NCBI GenBank assembly: GCA_002104945.1
Contig: MCFH01000025.1
Span: 434,001 to 498,000, forward strand
DNA length: 64,000 nucleotides
DNA from: Piromyces finnis finn
Taxonomy: Eukaryota > Fungi > Neocallimastigomycota
Reading direction: 5' to 3'
The position numbers and the translations under genes were made by a program. This document shows, in pieces, positions 37,310 through 50,659 of this stretch (its first letter is position 1; every line of letters starts with the position of its first letter). A model generated the notes under the pieces. The model saw only the letters and a program-made list of their open reading frames with translations, had not been told where the DNA came from and did not search any database.

Positions 37310-39452
37310 ATTATTAAAAATGTATATTTATTATTTTTTGAAAAGCATGGAATTATATAATTACTAATAATATTTTATATTTTATCAATCCATTCTAATT
37401 ATTATATTAAAAAAAAAAAAAAAAAACATATAGATTGTAGATATTTTATTTACTGGTAGATATATTATATTAATGATGGGTTTATTTTCAATATTTACCG
37501 GTATCATATATAATGATTGTTTCTCAAAATCTTTCGTTTTTTCCTTTAAAAAGTCTGCCTATAAATTTGTACAAAAGCCAGGTATTACAGAAAATTTTGT
37601 AGATATTAAAGGATATAAAGAACAAGGAAAGGCCTTTTTATTTGGAATGGATCCTGTAAGTATTAATCCAAAATAATAAAAAATAAAGATAAAAATTAAA
37701 CCTTTATAAAAAAATAAATATATTAATACTTTCTAAAATAATATTAATAATTAATTCATAATCAAGGGATGGATTGATGCTTCCAATAGTATTATATTTA
37801 TGAATTCCTTCAAAATGAAAATGTCTATTATTATTGGTATTGTTCAAGTAAGTATGCAAAAAGTATAATAAATATAAAGTAAAAATTAAAAAGTAGTAAT
37901 ATATAATATAATTCTAATTTCACTTTATCCCAATTAGATGTCTTTTGGTGTGTGTTTAAATGTTGTTAACGATATCTACTTTAATAAAAAAATAAATATT
38001 TTCTGTGAATTTATCCCAGAAATTATTATGTTAAATAGTCTTTTCGGTTATTTATGTCTTTTAATTATTAAAAAATGGTTAACTGATTGGACTGGTGCAT
38101 CAGCTCCTAGTCTTTTAAACATATTAATTAATATGGTATTAAATCCAGGACATGTTGCAGAAGAAGAACATATGTACTTTGGACAAAGTTTTGTTCAATT
38201 TATTCTTTTAATTCTATTTATTGTTTGTATTTTCTGGTTATTACTTGCAAAACCATACGTTATTTTTGCTGAACGTAACCCACATCATAAATGGAGTAAA
38301 TGGAGATATTTACCATTCTTTACTGAAAGTAAATGGTTTGGTGATGAAGGAATTCATGGTGAAACAGAACGTTTAATGGGTAGTCAATATAACGAATCCT
38401 ATGATCCTTTACTAGGTAATGAAGATGGTAATGAAGAGGATGATGAAGAAGATTATAGAAACGAACAAAATCAAGAAGGAAGAGAAGATCATGATAGCAA
38501 TCCTTCTGAAATCAATAATAATAGTGCAGAAAGTAGTATGAGTGCTATTATTGTTGAAGAATTTTTACCAAAAAGACAGAAAGAAGTTTGTATTATAAAC
38601 CATTATTTTTTTTTTTTTTTTTCAACTCTTAAAAATTAACATACCCAATTTTATAATATATTTATTTTTTTTTTCTTCTTCTTCTTCCTCATCTTATTTT
38701 AAATAGGAACGACCATTTGTTGATTTAGTCGTTGATCAAATTATTCATACGATTGAATTTACTTTGAATTGTATTTCAAATACCGCTTCCTATCTTCGTT
38801 TATGGGCTTTATCACTTGCTCATTCTCGTAAGTACTTTAATTTTAGTGTTCATTAAGCAATCAAGCATTATATTTAAGTAATAATTTATTCACTGTGATT
38901 AATGTGTATTATCATGTTATTTATTTATTTACTCATTTATTTTCAACCTCTCTTTCTCTAGAATTATCTGCTATTTTATTTGATAAAATTTTTGTAATGG
39001 GTTATATGGATGGTATACCTAAAAAGTTTTTACCTATTACTATATTTTTAGCCTTTGCAATATGGTTTTTCTTAACTGTAGTTATTATGTGTGCTATGGA
39101 AGGTATGTCCGCATTCCTTCACACCCTTCGTTTACATTGGTAAGTAAAATAATAGTAGTAGTAGTAGTAGAATTGTGGAATAAAAAGAAAAAAAAAAATT
39201 AACTTTTTTGTTTAATCTTTTGTGTATGTATGTCTTATTTAGGGTTGAATTTGTAAGTATTAAAGATATAATTTATAAATTTTAATAATAAATAGTATAA
39301 AAGGAAATGAAATTATTAATTCAATTTTTTATTTTTATATTCATGTGTAGAATGGAAAATTCTATAAAGGTACTGGTTACCAATTTACGCCATTCTCATT
39401 TGAAAAAACGTATAAAGAAGAAAAAGATGCCGAATATTTAAAAAATAATTAA
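34965..39452 (+). CDS. V-type H+-ATPase V0 subunit a (Vph1/Stv1 family); true start may lie upstream of 34965
   Basis: [121 protein letters not shown]. Confidence 0.96.
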
Positions 39453-39453
39453 A

Positions 39454-39486
<33 letters not shown>

Positions 39487-40252
39487 ATTATTATCTATCC
39501 GTATAATTCATACTAATTCTATAGTTGGTTTTTAATTTAATTAGTATATATATAAATATTAGTATTATAACAAGTTATTTTAATGTTAAAAAAAAAATAA
39601 AAATTCATAGATTATTATTCTTTTTATACATATTCCTATTTTTTTTTTTTTTTTTCCTTAGTTTTATTATTATTTTATATTTTATATTGTTTTATACTTT
39701 CTCAATTTAAAAGGTAAATAAATCATTTTTTAAACAATAAAATTAAAAATAGAACATGAAAATGAAAACTATTTTCAATATAAATATTTTCTTTTTTTGT
39801 ATTTTTTTAATTGCTCATTTTATTTCTTTTATTTTGTGTTTCTTTGCATTGTATAAATAAATGGAGTATAAAAAAAATAAATAAATAAATAAATCAAAAG
39901 GTATCAAATTCTTGGTGTAAAAATATAAAGTATTAAGAAATACTTCTTTCCTCTCTTTCTAAAATATATATAGACATATAATAAAAGAGTAATCTATGAT
40001 CAATAAATAAATAAATAAAAAAAAAAAAAAAAAGTCTAATAAATATTATTTACAATAATAATAATTATAATAATATTCTCTTTTTTTTTTTTTTTTTTTA
40101 ACAAAAAAATATTTATAATAAATAGATATAAAATAGATTGATTAATTAAAAACTGAGATATGATAATGACATGATTCTATGAATAAATAACTTTAAAGAT
40201 GAATTTTTTTTTTTTTTAAGATTTCAATTTGAAAAAATGATTTTCTTCCTTT

Positions 40253-41309
40253 TTATGATTCTTCTGTAGCTTCATCTTCAGATGATGGTAAAGAGCTAGT
40301 AGTATCATCATAAGATGGTGAAGAAACAGCTTCCAATGATGGTGATGGTGTAGGTATTGAAGAAGTTGTAGAATTAGAATTAGATTCTGCGAGAGAATTG
40401 ACATTATATTTTTTTGTTGGGGAATCTAAGATATGTTCACATTTAGAATAAATTTGGAATTCAAATTTAATACCACTTTTAGCGTTGGTTTGTACACCCC
40501 TTACCCATTCACAATTCTTCATACTATTTAAGAAAATTCCTTCTATGGTATCATTATCGTTTAATTTAAAAGTATCGGATGGGATTTCTGGGAAAAAAGT
40601 ATCACAATCATATTTACCTTTAACATTTGTAATGAAAAGGTTTTCACAACTTGGATGTTGAATCCCTTCTTTATAAATTTGACCGCCACCAATTAAAAAT
40701 ATAGTTCCATGTTCTTGTTTGCTTAAATTTTCAAGACATTCCTTTAATGAAAGATAACATTGAACTTCTTTTGGTAAATTCCTATTAAAAAAAATAGTAA
40801 TAAAAATTAATTTCACAATTTCTAATTTAATTGAAATTTAATTGCGAATATAAAATAATTAACATTTATAAAAAAAAAAATCTAAAATCAAACAGTTTTT
40901 ATTCAATATATATTCTTTCTACTTACTTTGCATATTCTTTGTTTCTACTTAATACAACATTAATTCTATTAGGCATAGGTCTAAATTTTTCTGGAATGGA
41001 TTCCCAAGTATTTCTACCCATAACAACAACATTTTGTGGAATGTTATCTGTTATTTTTATTGGGAAATTATTTGTAACAAGAACTGGTTTATCTTTTTCT
41101 TCTACTGATTCTAATGTTCTTTGTCTTTTCACTATTGGTTTAGAAATTTTAGTTTCATATCTATTAAGGGTATGGGTATCTCTGAAAAGGCAAGTAATAT
41201 TCTTGAAATAACGAACATCTTCTGGAATTCTCCAAGGAATTTTACCACCTTTACCAATGCCTTTATTGGAAGCGGCAGCAACAATCATTGAAAATTGTGG
41301 AATTGTCAT
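40253..41309 (-). CDS. DHFR: Dihydrofolate reductase with internal insertion and Ser/acidic C tail (2 exons)
   Basis: [74 protein letters not shown]; GT-AG intron about 40802-40925. Confidence 0.95.
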
Positions 41310-43728
41310 GTTGAATATATATAAGTATATTATTAAATGTAAATGTGTATATTTAAAAAAGATTTTGACGTTTTATTAATGAAATTTTTTTTCTTATAAA
41401 TTGAAAAACTATTATTTAATTGAATTATTTTTCATAATTTAAAAAATAAAAATATTTCCACTTTTAATAAAAGGTTCAATATTTTATTTTGTTTTTAAAT
41501 ATTAATGGTTATTCCTTTTTTGAATAGGTTTACTTGTTCCCTTCAAACATTCAATGAATACTTTTAATGTAATTAAAAAAATAAAATTGAAAAAAATTGA
41601 CCTTATTTAAACATTTTTATAGAAAAAAAAAAATTTTTTTTTAATAGCAAGAACTTTTCTATATATTTATAATGTATTGCAATATATATAAAAATTAATT
41701 TTTATATATTTTAAATAATAAAAAATAAATTTTAATATTATTTTTTTATTTACAATAATTTTTTGACTTAACAAAATATATTGTACAATATATTGTATTA
41801 TATTCTAATATATAAGTTTTTTTCTACTTTATTTTTAAAGTATTGGACAATAATTAAAAAAATTTTTTTTTGAAAATTTTAAAAAATTCATATAAAAATC
41901 TGATGGAATATTTGATTAGAAAACAAAAAATGAATGGAAATTTTATGTTGATTTTCAATATTTTAATGTATACATTGAATAAAAATGAAAGTGTTGTTGT
42001 TTTCATGTGATTTAAACGGATGTTTGTTTATTGGTGATGAATGACACCATTAACTAAATCAATAGTTGAATATCAATTCATACTGAGTTAATTTTTTACC
42101 AATAATTATAAAATGTTAAAGAAAAATTATACAGAAAAAAAAATTTACCAAAGAATTAAAAAAGTGTATCATTAAAGTATAGGAAAAAAAAAACCTATCA
42201 TATTAAAAAGAACTATATTTTTTTTACTTTATATATATAATATCTTTCTAATAAAATAATAAATAAGAAGGAAAAAAAAGGATTAACAAATTTCATTTAA
42301 TAAAAAAAAAAAAACCATACATTTAAATCCAAAAAAAAAAAAATGAACGATTCAAACTTACATCAAATCTTTTCAAATAACTAATAATAAATTAAAAAAA
42401 AATAAGAATTATTGTAATTGCTGGATCCTTTTCATTGAACCTTTTTATTTTATAATGTATTCATTTGTATTTATAGTTGTAATTAAAAAAAAAAAACTTT
42501 TATTTGATAAAGTTTAAAACATTGTAATTGATTAGATATCTACATTAATTTTTTATTTAAAATAGAGTTAAAAGTTAATTTTCTTTTCCGTATGAAATGA
42601 AATAAAAAGTTATTGATGCGGATGAATCATTATACTTTATCAATTTATTATTTTATTCTATTCATATCTTCTTTTCATAATTATCAAAAAACAAATTTAA
42701 AAAAGGTGAAATAAAAAAAAAATACATAACTTTTATGAATTCTTTTAAATATAAAAATAAAAATATACTAATTTAATATTATAAAATCAAAAAAAGTTCA
42801 AAAATTAAAGTGGCATTTTTATGTTGATTTCCTTTTTGTTTTCTATAAAAATAACTTATTAAACGTTATCAAGAAAATAATAATAATAATAATAAGTGCA
42901 TTTATTATTTTCATAAAGCATTGGAGTAATACTTTTTTTTTTTTTTTAAACGACTTTAATTATAATTTTATTATGATTTTTTCTTTTCTTTTTTTTTTTA
43001 ATAAAATCCTAATTTTAAATATTGTTCATTTATAGAATTATTGTTTTTCTTGTTTTTTTTTTAAAAAAAATTTACATCCACCAATAATGCAAGTTAGTCC
43101 AAAGAGTACTCCAATATTATCATTATCACTACTTTTCATTTTATATTTTATTTATAATTAAAAGTTGATAATTGTTCGTAAAAAAAAAAAAAAAAGTAAT
43201 GATTAAAATTCTAAAAAAGATTAGAATTATATAATTTTAAAGATTAGAATATGAAAATAAGAAATCAAATTTTTAATATTTAATAATAAAGAATTATAAT
43301 TAATGAAAAAAAAAAAAAGTAAATAATATTTAATTATTAATCTGTATAAAATAACTATATAATAAAATGCCACTTAAAAAAGTTTAGAAAGTCTTTTTTT
43401 TATAATTATTATTATTATTATTATTTTTTTTTTTTTTTGTATTTGCTTATTTATTCTTATGGTATTATTTTTTTTTTTATAATATTTATAACAGGTTTAA
43501 ATATAATTATTGAAATATTTTCAATACATTATTGTTTTATTGTGTAAATGTATAAATATGGAATATAAAGAATATATATATATATTTTAAATAACAATGC
43601 ATATATATAAATAAATATATGTTTAAAAATAGTTGTTTTGTTACATAGCCTTTATATTTGAATATCATTATAATAGTAAATATTTTTGTTTATAAATAAA
43701 GTAAATGAATAAACAAAGAATTGTGTAT

Positions 43729-44969
43729 TTAATCAAGTAAAAATATTCTACTACGAATATCATTAGTAATCCATTTCATGCCTTTGACAAGATTTTCACC
43801 AGTATAGGCACTACAACTTTGAATATTCCAGTGACAAGATTCAATAGTATCAAGTTCCAAAAACTATAATTTTGAAAAAAATTAATATATAACAAAAGAA
43901 TATATAAGCAAAAAGAATATGACTTTTTTTTTTTTTTTTAATAAATCTTATAGAAAAATATATGATATTTACTTCTTGAATTTGGTCTTTTGATAATGCT
44001 GAAGGTAAATCTTGTTTATTTGCAAATATTAAAAGGGAGGCTCCAGCAATTCTCTTTATAATTTTATTATATTTTATTTATTTATTTTAATAATAATACC
44101 AATAATAATATTTTAAAATGTTAAAAATATACATAATAATAATAATAATAATAGGATTAAAATTTAATTTTTTAAAAAAAATAATCATTAAAAAAAACTA
44201 ACTATATGTAGAATATAATCAATTTATATATTATTTATGTTCTAAACAAACCTCTTCTTTTAATAAAGATAATAATTCTTTTTTACATAATTCAAATCTA
44301 TCTTTTCTATCAGCACTGTCAATAACCCATATTAAACCATCAGTTTGTTCAAAATAATTTCTCCAATAACTTCTAATAGATTTTTGACCTCCTACATCCC
44401 ATATATTTAATTTGTATCTTCATAGATAATAATAATAATAAAAAAATTAGTTTTTTTTTTTTTTTTTTTTTGAAATTTTTATCTTGATTTTTAATTATTA
44501 TTAAAATCAACATTTTAATTATATTTATAACAATTATTTATTATAAAATATTACTATTATTCCTATTATTTAAAATAAATACCCATCAAGTTCCATAGTT
44601 TTAATATTGAAACCAAGAGTTGGTGAAATTGTTGAAATGTCTTCTCCATTAATCTTCTTTAAAATAGTAGTTTTGCCTGCATTATCTAACCCACTTTTAT
44701 TTTTTTTTAAAAAAAAACGGAAACATTACATTATTATAAATAAACATTGACAGGAATAAAAGTTATATATATAATGAATTTCATGAAAGTAATTAAAATA
44801 AAATAAAACAAAATAATTTCATTATAAAAATTTATTCTATTTAATTTATATGTTTTCGACATTTTTAATAATTTTTTTTTTATTAATAATTGATACATAC
44901 TTACAGCATTAAAAGTCTAATTTCTTTTTCCTTAAGTTTATTTTTTTTAAGAATGGTTAATAGTCCCAT
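43729..44969 (-). CDS. ARL2: ADP-ribosylation factor-like GTPase 2 (5 exons)
   Basis: [72 protein letters not shown]. Confidence 0.95.
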
Positions 44970-45807
44970 TTTTATAATAGTAATATTAATGAAATAATAT
45001 ATACTTTATTAAAAAAAGAAAAAAATACTTTAGAAATAAAAATATTAAATATTATATATTATATTAATATTTTTTTTTAATTAATTGATAATAGTTGAAT
45101 TTTTATAATAAATATAATAATTATATATAGGTTTAATTAAAACTTTAATTAATAAAATTTAAAAATACTAATTAATAAAATGCCCAAGAAAAAGAAGGAA
45201 AAACTGTAAAACTCTAGCACTGGACAACCCAAAATTTCTTTTAAAAAACAAAAATATTCATTATTAATATCATTATTATTACTACTATTATATACTATTT
45301 ATATATTTTGTCGACTATCAATAATGAGTATGAAAGGTGAACATCGATTCAATAGTTAATATTTATTTAAAAGATATAAACTGTTTATATTTATACAACA
45401 TTAAATATACTATAGAAAATAAATAATTATATTAATTCTATAAAGAGTTGACGGTAAAACTTTATCAATATTATATCGCTCTTATAAAAAATAATACTTT
45501 AATGATAATAGGTATAAATAGAACGTTAATTCCTTAATATCTGATATCACTTTTTTTTTTTGTTTTAATTTAAAAATAGTGTTTTATTATTTTATATTTA
45601 CTACAAAAAAAGATATATATATATTTTAAAATACAAAATAAAAATATGTAATTTTTTATATTATTATCATTTTATCATTGAAATAAAGTAATAATATTTG
45701 ATAAATGGTGTTTTTTTTTATTTATATTAATTTATGTTATTAGATTATATAAAAACATATAAGTAAATTATATTAATTTAAAAATAGATTTTAATATATT
45801 ATAATAT

Positions 45808-46558
45808 TTAACGTCTACTGAGTTTCTTTAAGTGGTTAAATATACGTGATTTAATCCATTCACGATCATGTGGTATATAAGCTTGGATGCTTGGTTCATA
45901 GCTTTTTTTTATCAATATAATAAATAGAAATAAATATAATTTTAATATATATAATTATTACATAAATATCTTTTTTTTTACAAACATTTAAATTTTATAA
46001 AAAAAATAAAATAATAAAAAAACTTTTTTGTTATATAATGATATTTACACTAAGCAACCGATATCTTCGAAACGATCAATATAATTATTTAAATCTGCTA
46101 TATCGTAGTTTATATTTCTAGCATTTGGATTTTGTTCTTGTAAAAAGTTTTCGTATAAACGAATAATTTCTAAATATATATTTTATTTATTTATTTATTT
46201 TTTTTTAAAGAAATAGAAAAAATTTGTTTTGTTAAATATACATTTGATAAATTTTAAAAATAAGCCTGTCAGCCTTTTTTTTCTTTTTTCTTTATTTTGT
46301 TTTTATTATAAAGTACCTTCAATAGCAAGTGCTACAGTATTGAAATCCATAAAGGTACGAGAACTCTTTATTTTTTTTCTTTGAATTAATATGATTGTAT
46401 GTTGAGTCTAATAAATTAGAAAAAAAAATATAAAATTTTGTATTCAATTAATTTTAAATTTATTATTACGGAAATGTATTATAAATCAATATTTAATTAT
46501 GTTTTTTTTTATTGCTCAAATGTGTACTTTTTTTTATAATTTCTCATATATTTACCAT
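45808..46558 (-). CDS. ERH: Enhancer of rudimentary homolog (4 exons, first exon is the ATG only)
   Basis: M/TQHTIILIQRKKIKSSRTFMDFNTVALAIE/EIIRLYENFLQEQNPNARNINYDIADLNNYIDRFEDIGCLV/YEPSIQAYIPHDREWIKSRIFNHLKK aligns end to end with ERH (MSHTILLVQ...[24 protein letters not shown]...YNKDWIKEKI). Not in the ORF track. Confidence 0.92.
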
Positions 46559-47089
46559 ATTTTATTATTTATTTATCTATTTATTATTATTTTTCTAAAA
46601 AAATATCCGGAAACAGTAACTATAATAATAATATTAATGAAAACATTCCATTTCAAATTTATTTTTTTTATTTTTATTTAAATTTTGATTTAAAGATTAT
46701 AAATATTGTTTAAAAATAAACATGTAAAAGATAGAGTTAATTGTGAAATATTAATATGTAGATAATATATATTGTATATTTGCTTATATAAATCTTTTAT
46801 ATTACCAGGTAAATAATTAAAACAATTTAAATAAAGCTTTAATTATTAATAGTAAAAAGAATATAGAAAAAAAAAAAAAAAAAAAAAATTAATGAATTTT
46901 AATCTTAATTAAATATTATAATTTTAATTAAAAAATATATATATATATAGAATTATATTGAATAATTTAATTGAAAAGGTAAATTATATTATGTTAAATT
47001 AAATTATGAAGCTGTAATATTGCCTTATTCATCCATTTTAATTTTATGAATAAGACATTATTAATTGTATATATAGCCGTCAATGTGAG

Positions 47090-47124
47090 TAACAACAACA
47101 ACAATAACAACAATAATAATGACA

Positions 47125-47159
<35 letters not shown>

Positions 47160-47172
47160 GCAACAGCAACAA
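47090..47172 (+). repeat. Compound (AAC)n/(AAT)n/(AACAGC) repeat, intergenic
   Basis: Visible AAC-rich tract between ERH and MFAP1. Confidence 0.85.
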
Positions 47173-47439
47173 TTTATATTATTTTATAAAATTTGATTTT
47201 ATTAAGAAGAAAAATATTAAGGTATATATACAATACATTGTAATAAAAACATAATAATGTAGTACAATTATTATGATATATTATGATATTTATTATTTAA
47301 TATCCTTTACTAATATTGCTATTTCTTCATTCCTCTTTTCTTTGTAATTATTGTTATTATTTCTTACGTTCGAAATATTCAATATACTAAATTATGACAA
47401 TTAATTAGTATTAAAAAACAAGTATCACTTTTTTTTATT

Positions 47440-48795
47440 CTATATTCTTCGTTTTTTATTTGTTGGTTTATCGAAACCACCTAATAGTTATAAAGTTAAA
47501 ATAAAACAAAACAAAATAAAAATATTAGTACAACTTAATCATTGCTTATATCAAAACTTAAAAATTAAGATATATATTTTTAGTAATTACCATGCATTCC
47601 ACCCATCTTGGATTTATTTTTATTTATTAATTCCTTATTTTGATTCCATAATGAATCACGCTATTTTGCATAAAAGAAAAGAGTTATTATATTTAATATT
47701 TAAAGAAATAAAAATAATTATCATTCTATTTCATGATTATATATGATTATCTATGATCTATATTTTGTACATTTTCTTATTTCAATAAAAAAAAAAAAAA
47801 AAAATTACCTGTGATGTATCTTCTTTACTAAGATGAGTCCATTTAGTTTGCCCATCTCTACCAAACTTCTTAACTTGCATAATTTCTGGTAACATAGATT
47901 TATCAAATTTATCTTCCAAAGTTGGTGCAGAATAATCTCTGTTGATAATAGAGTTTTCATCTTCATCATCTTGATAGAAAGCCCCTTTGTGATAATATTT
48001 TTGTAAATAGGTATATTTTGTTTTTTTGTTTTTCTTATTTTGTTCTTTTTCTTTTTCCTTTAGAATTTCAGCATCAGTCATATTTCTACGTCTTTCAATT
48101 TCTTCTTCTTCTAGTATCTTAGCTTCTCTTTCTTCCTTATCTCTTTTTATTCTCTTTAATTCACGAAGTTTCCATAATTCGTATTCTTCTTTATCATCTG
48201 GTTTATCTGTATCATCTACCATATTGATATCGATATTACTTTCTTTTTCTATAAATTAAAAAAGGGAAAAATATCGTATATAGAATAGAATAATTTTATA
48301 ATAAATATTTATTATCATTTAATATATTTAATATGCTACTTCTTGAGTAATTATTGCTTATTTTCAAATTTATATATTTCATTTATTTTATATTAATTAT
48401 TTTTTTTTAATAGATATACCTTCTTTTATTTCTCTCATGACTTCTTCTGCCACAAGTTGATGGGATTCTTTTTTCTTTTCTTCTAATAATTGTTTATGTC
48501 TTTCAGCTGCTTCTTCAGCTTCTTTGGCTAATCTTTCTTGTTCTTTAATAGTTTCACGTTGGGCTCTTTAATTATTAAAAGTCATATTAAAAGAAAGAAA
48601 ATAATATAGATGAATAATTAGAATTTTTCATTTTTGTTTTAAAGTACTATAACTATTAATATTAATAAAAATTGACTTTTTTACTTTGGTACAAATACTG
48701 GTTTTAACATAACTCTATGTCCATATTCTGAATCTGAAGAATCAGTATCAGTTGTATATTCTGAGGAATCTTCTTCACTTTCTTCATTCTATTTA

Positions 48796-48826
<31 letters not shown>

Positions 48827-49384
48827 ATTTAATAGCATATATAATTTTTAAATATGATGAAATTATAATTTTAGAAATTAATTAATTATCGAAATTTTGA
48901 AATTTAATATTTTCTGAATATTTTCTGATTTATTTAAATGTAGAATATAGATTTATATAATTATTAACATTAAAATATCTACTTCTTCTTCTTCCTCCTC
49001 CTCTTCCTCCTCTTCCTCCTTTCTCGCTAGTGCTCTTTCTCTCATTCTTTGATGTCTTAACATAATTTCTTCTTCATCATCTGATTCTTGTTCTATTAAA
49101 AATGATTTTTAATTAAATATATATAAATTAATTAGAAACTAATTCGTTAAATCTTTATATTATCAAACAAATTTGTTTATCATTTAATTTTAGTGTTATT
49201 TTTATTTGTCAATGAAATTTTGAATGATTAATTTATTCAAATTGATTCATTTTAATTCATAATAATATCTTCTTCTATAATTATTTTATCTTTTCAATTA
49301 TTTTAGTAATTGTTGTTTTTAAAGTTTTCATCAATTAAATTAATTTGTTCAAGAAGGTAATTAATAATTATATTTATCGTATTC

Positions 49385-49435
<51 letters not shown>

Positions 49436-49812
49436 TTTTTTTGTTCGTTAATATTTTATTGTAATTATAATTTTTTGTGATTATTACTTTTTTCTTCTTC
49501 ATCCGAATCTTCCCCAGGTATAACATGATGTCGTCTCCTTGCCGTTCTATCCTCGTTTTCTGATGATGAATTATCACTTTGTTCTTGATTCATTAAACGT
49601 CTTAAACGTCTATCATTTTTTTTTGCTTGTGCATCAATTTCTTTCTTTAAGACTTCTTCATTAGTAGTGATTATATTTTCCTTTTTTTTACTTTTCAATA
49701 TAAGTTCTTCTTCTTCTTCTTCACTAGAAGAATCACTTTCTTTATAATTTTCTGGAACTTTTCCAGGCCAATATCTTACTTGTCTTTGAGACGGAGGATG
49801 ATAGTGTGACAT
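47440..49812 (-). CDS. MFAP1: Microfibrillar-associated protein 1 / spliceosomal B-complex protein (Saf3/Spp381-like)
   Basis: RYWPGKVPE, LKPVFVPKAQRET, EEYELWKLRELKRIKRD, YLQKYYHKGAFYQD, DYSAPTLEDKFDKSMLPEIMQVKKFGRDGQTKWTHL. Confidence 0.94.
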
Positions 49813-50659
49813 AGTTTATAATTATTATTATATATGATATATATGATAAATATGATATTTTATTGCTTTTTATTCTTTATAAATTTTATATAATTTATAA
49901 AAGATATATCATTTAACAAATAATTTAATTTATATATATTGATAATTGTTTATATTATTAATTAACATTTCATTTTAATTTTAAAATTAAAATGAAATCA
50001 TATATTAATATTTTTAAATATAAAGAATAAAAAAAAAATTTTTTTATTTATTATTAATTTCAAGTTTTTGATGTATGATTTTTTATTTGTCAATTTTTTT
50101 GGTTGAGAAATTATAATAAATTTTTTCAAACAAGTATTTAAGCATTTTTTTTTTTATTTTAATTATATTAAATATATTATTTATTTATGTTTTAAATAGT
50201 ATAAAAGTATTAAATTGATAATATAATTAAGAGATATAGTGTTTTTTATTCAAAATGAAATTTAAATGATAAGTATTAAAAAAAAAAAAAGAAAAAATAC
50301 AACTTAAAAGAGACAGAAATATATAACTATTCATATTCATGTTTTCTATATTTGATATGAGGGATTAATGTTATTATAATTTTTATATTTAATATGAAAT
50401 GTTAATAGTAAATAAATTAAATATTACAAACTAAAAAAAGATGATAAGGTTGTAAGAAATAAAAAAAAAAAAGAATAATAAATCATTGTAATAAGAATTA
50501 ATATTATGATATTTAATATTATAATATATATGTAAAATGTAATACTATATTTATATTATTCTATGTTATGTTATCTTGTTGTTATACAATGCTATATTCA
50601 TTATTTTTTTGTATTTTAATAAGCAGTACATATTACTAGAAATATTTGATATTTATGGA

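Noticed and set aside
42030-42090. C/D snoRNA-like boxes (TGATGA...CTGA)
   Set aside because: No terminal stem, short spacing, no recognisable rRNA antisense element.
43035-43139. Short minus-strand ORF/exon MKSSDNDNIGVLFGLTCIIGG followed by GTAAAT
   Set aside because: I could not build a consistent downstream exon chain or recognise a homolog; RNA-seq would be needed.
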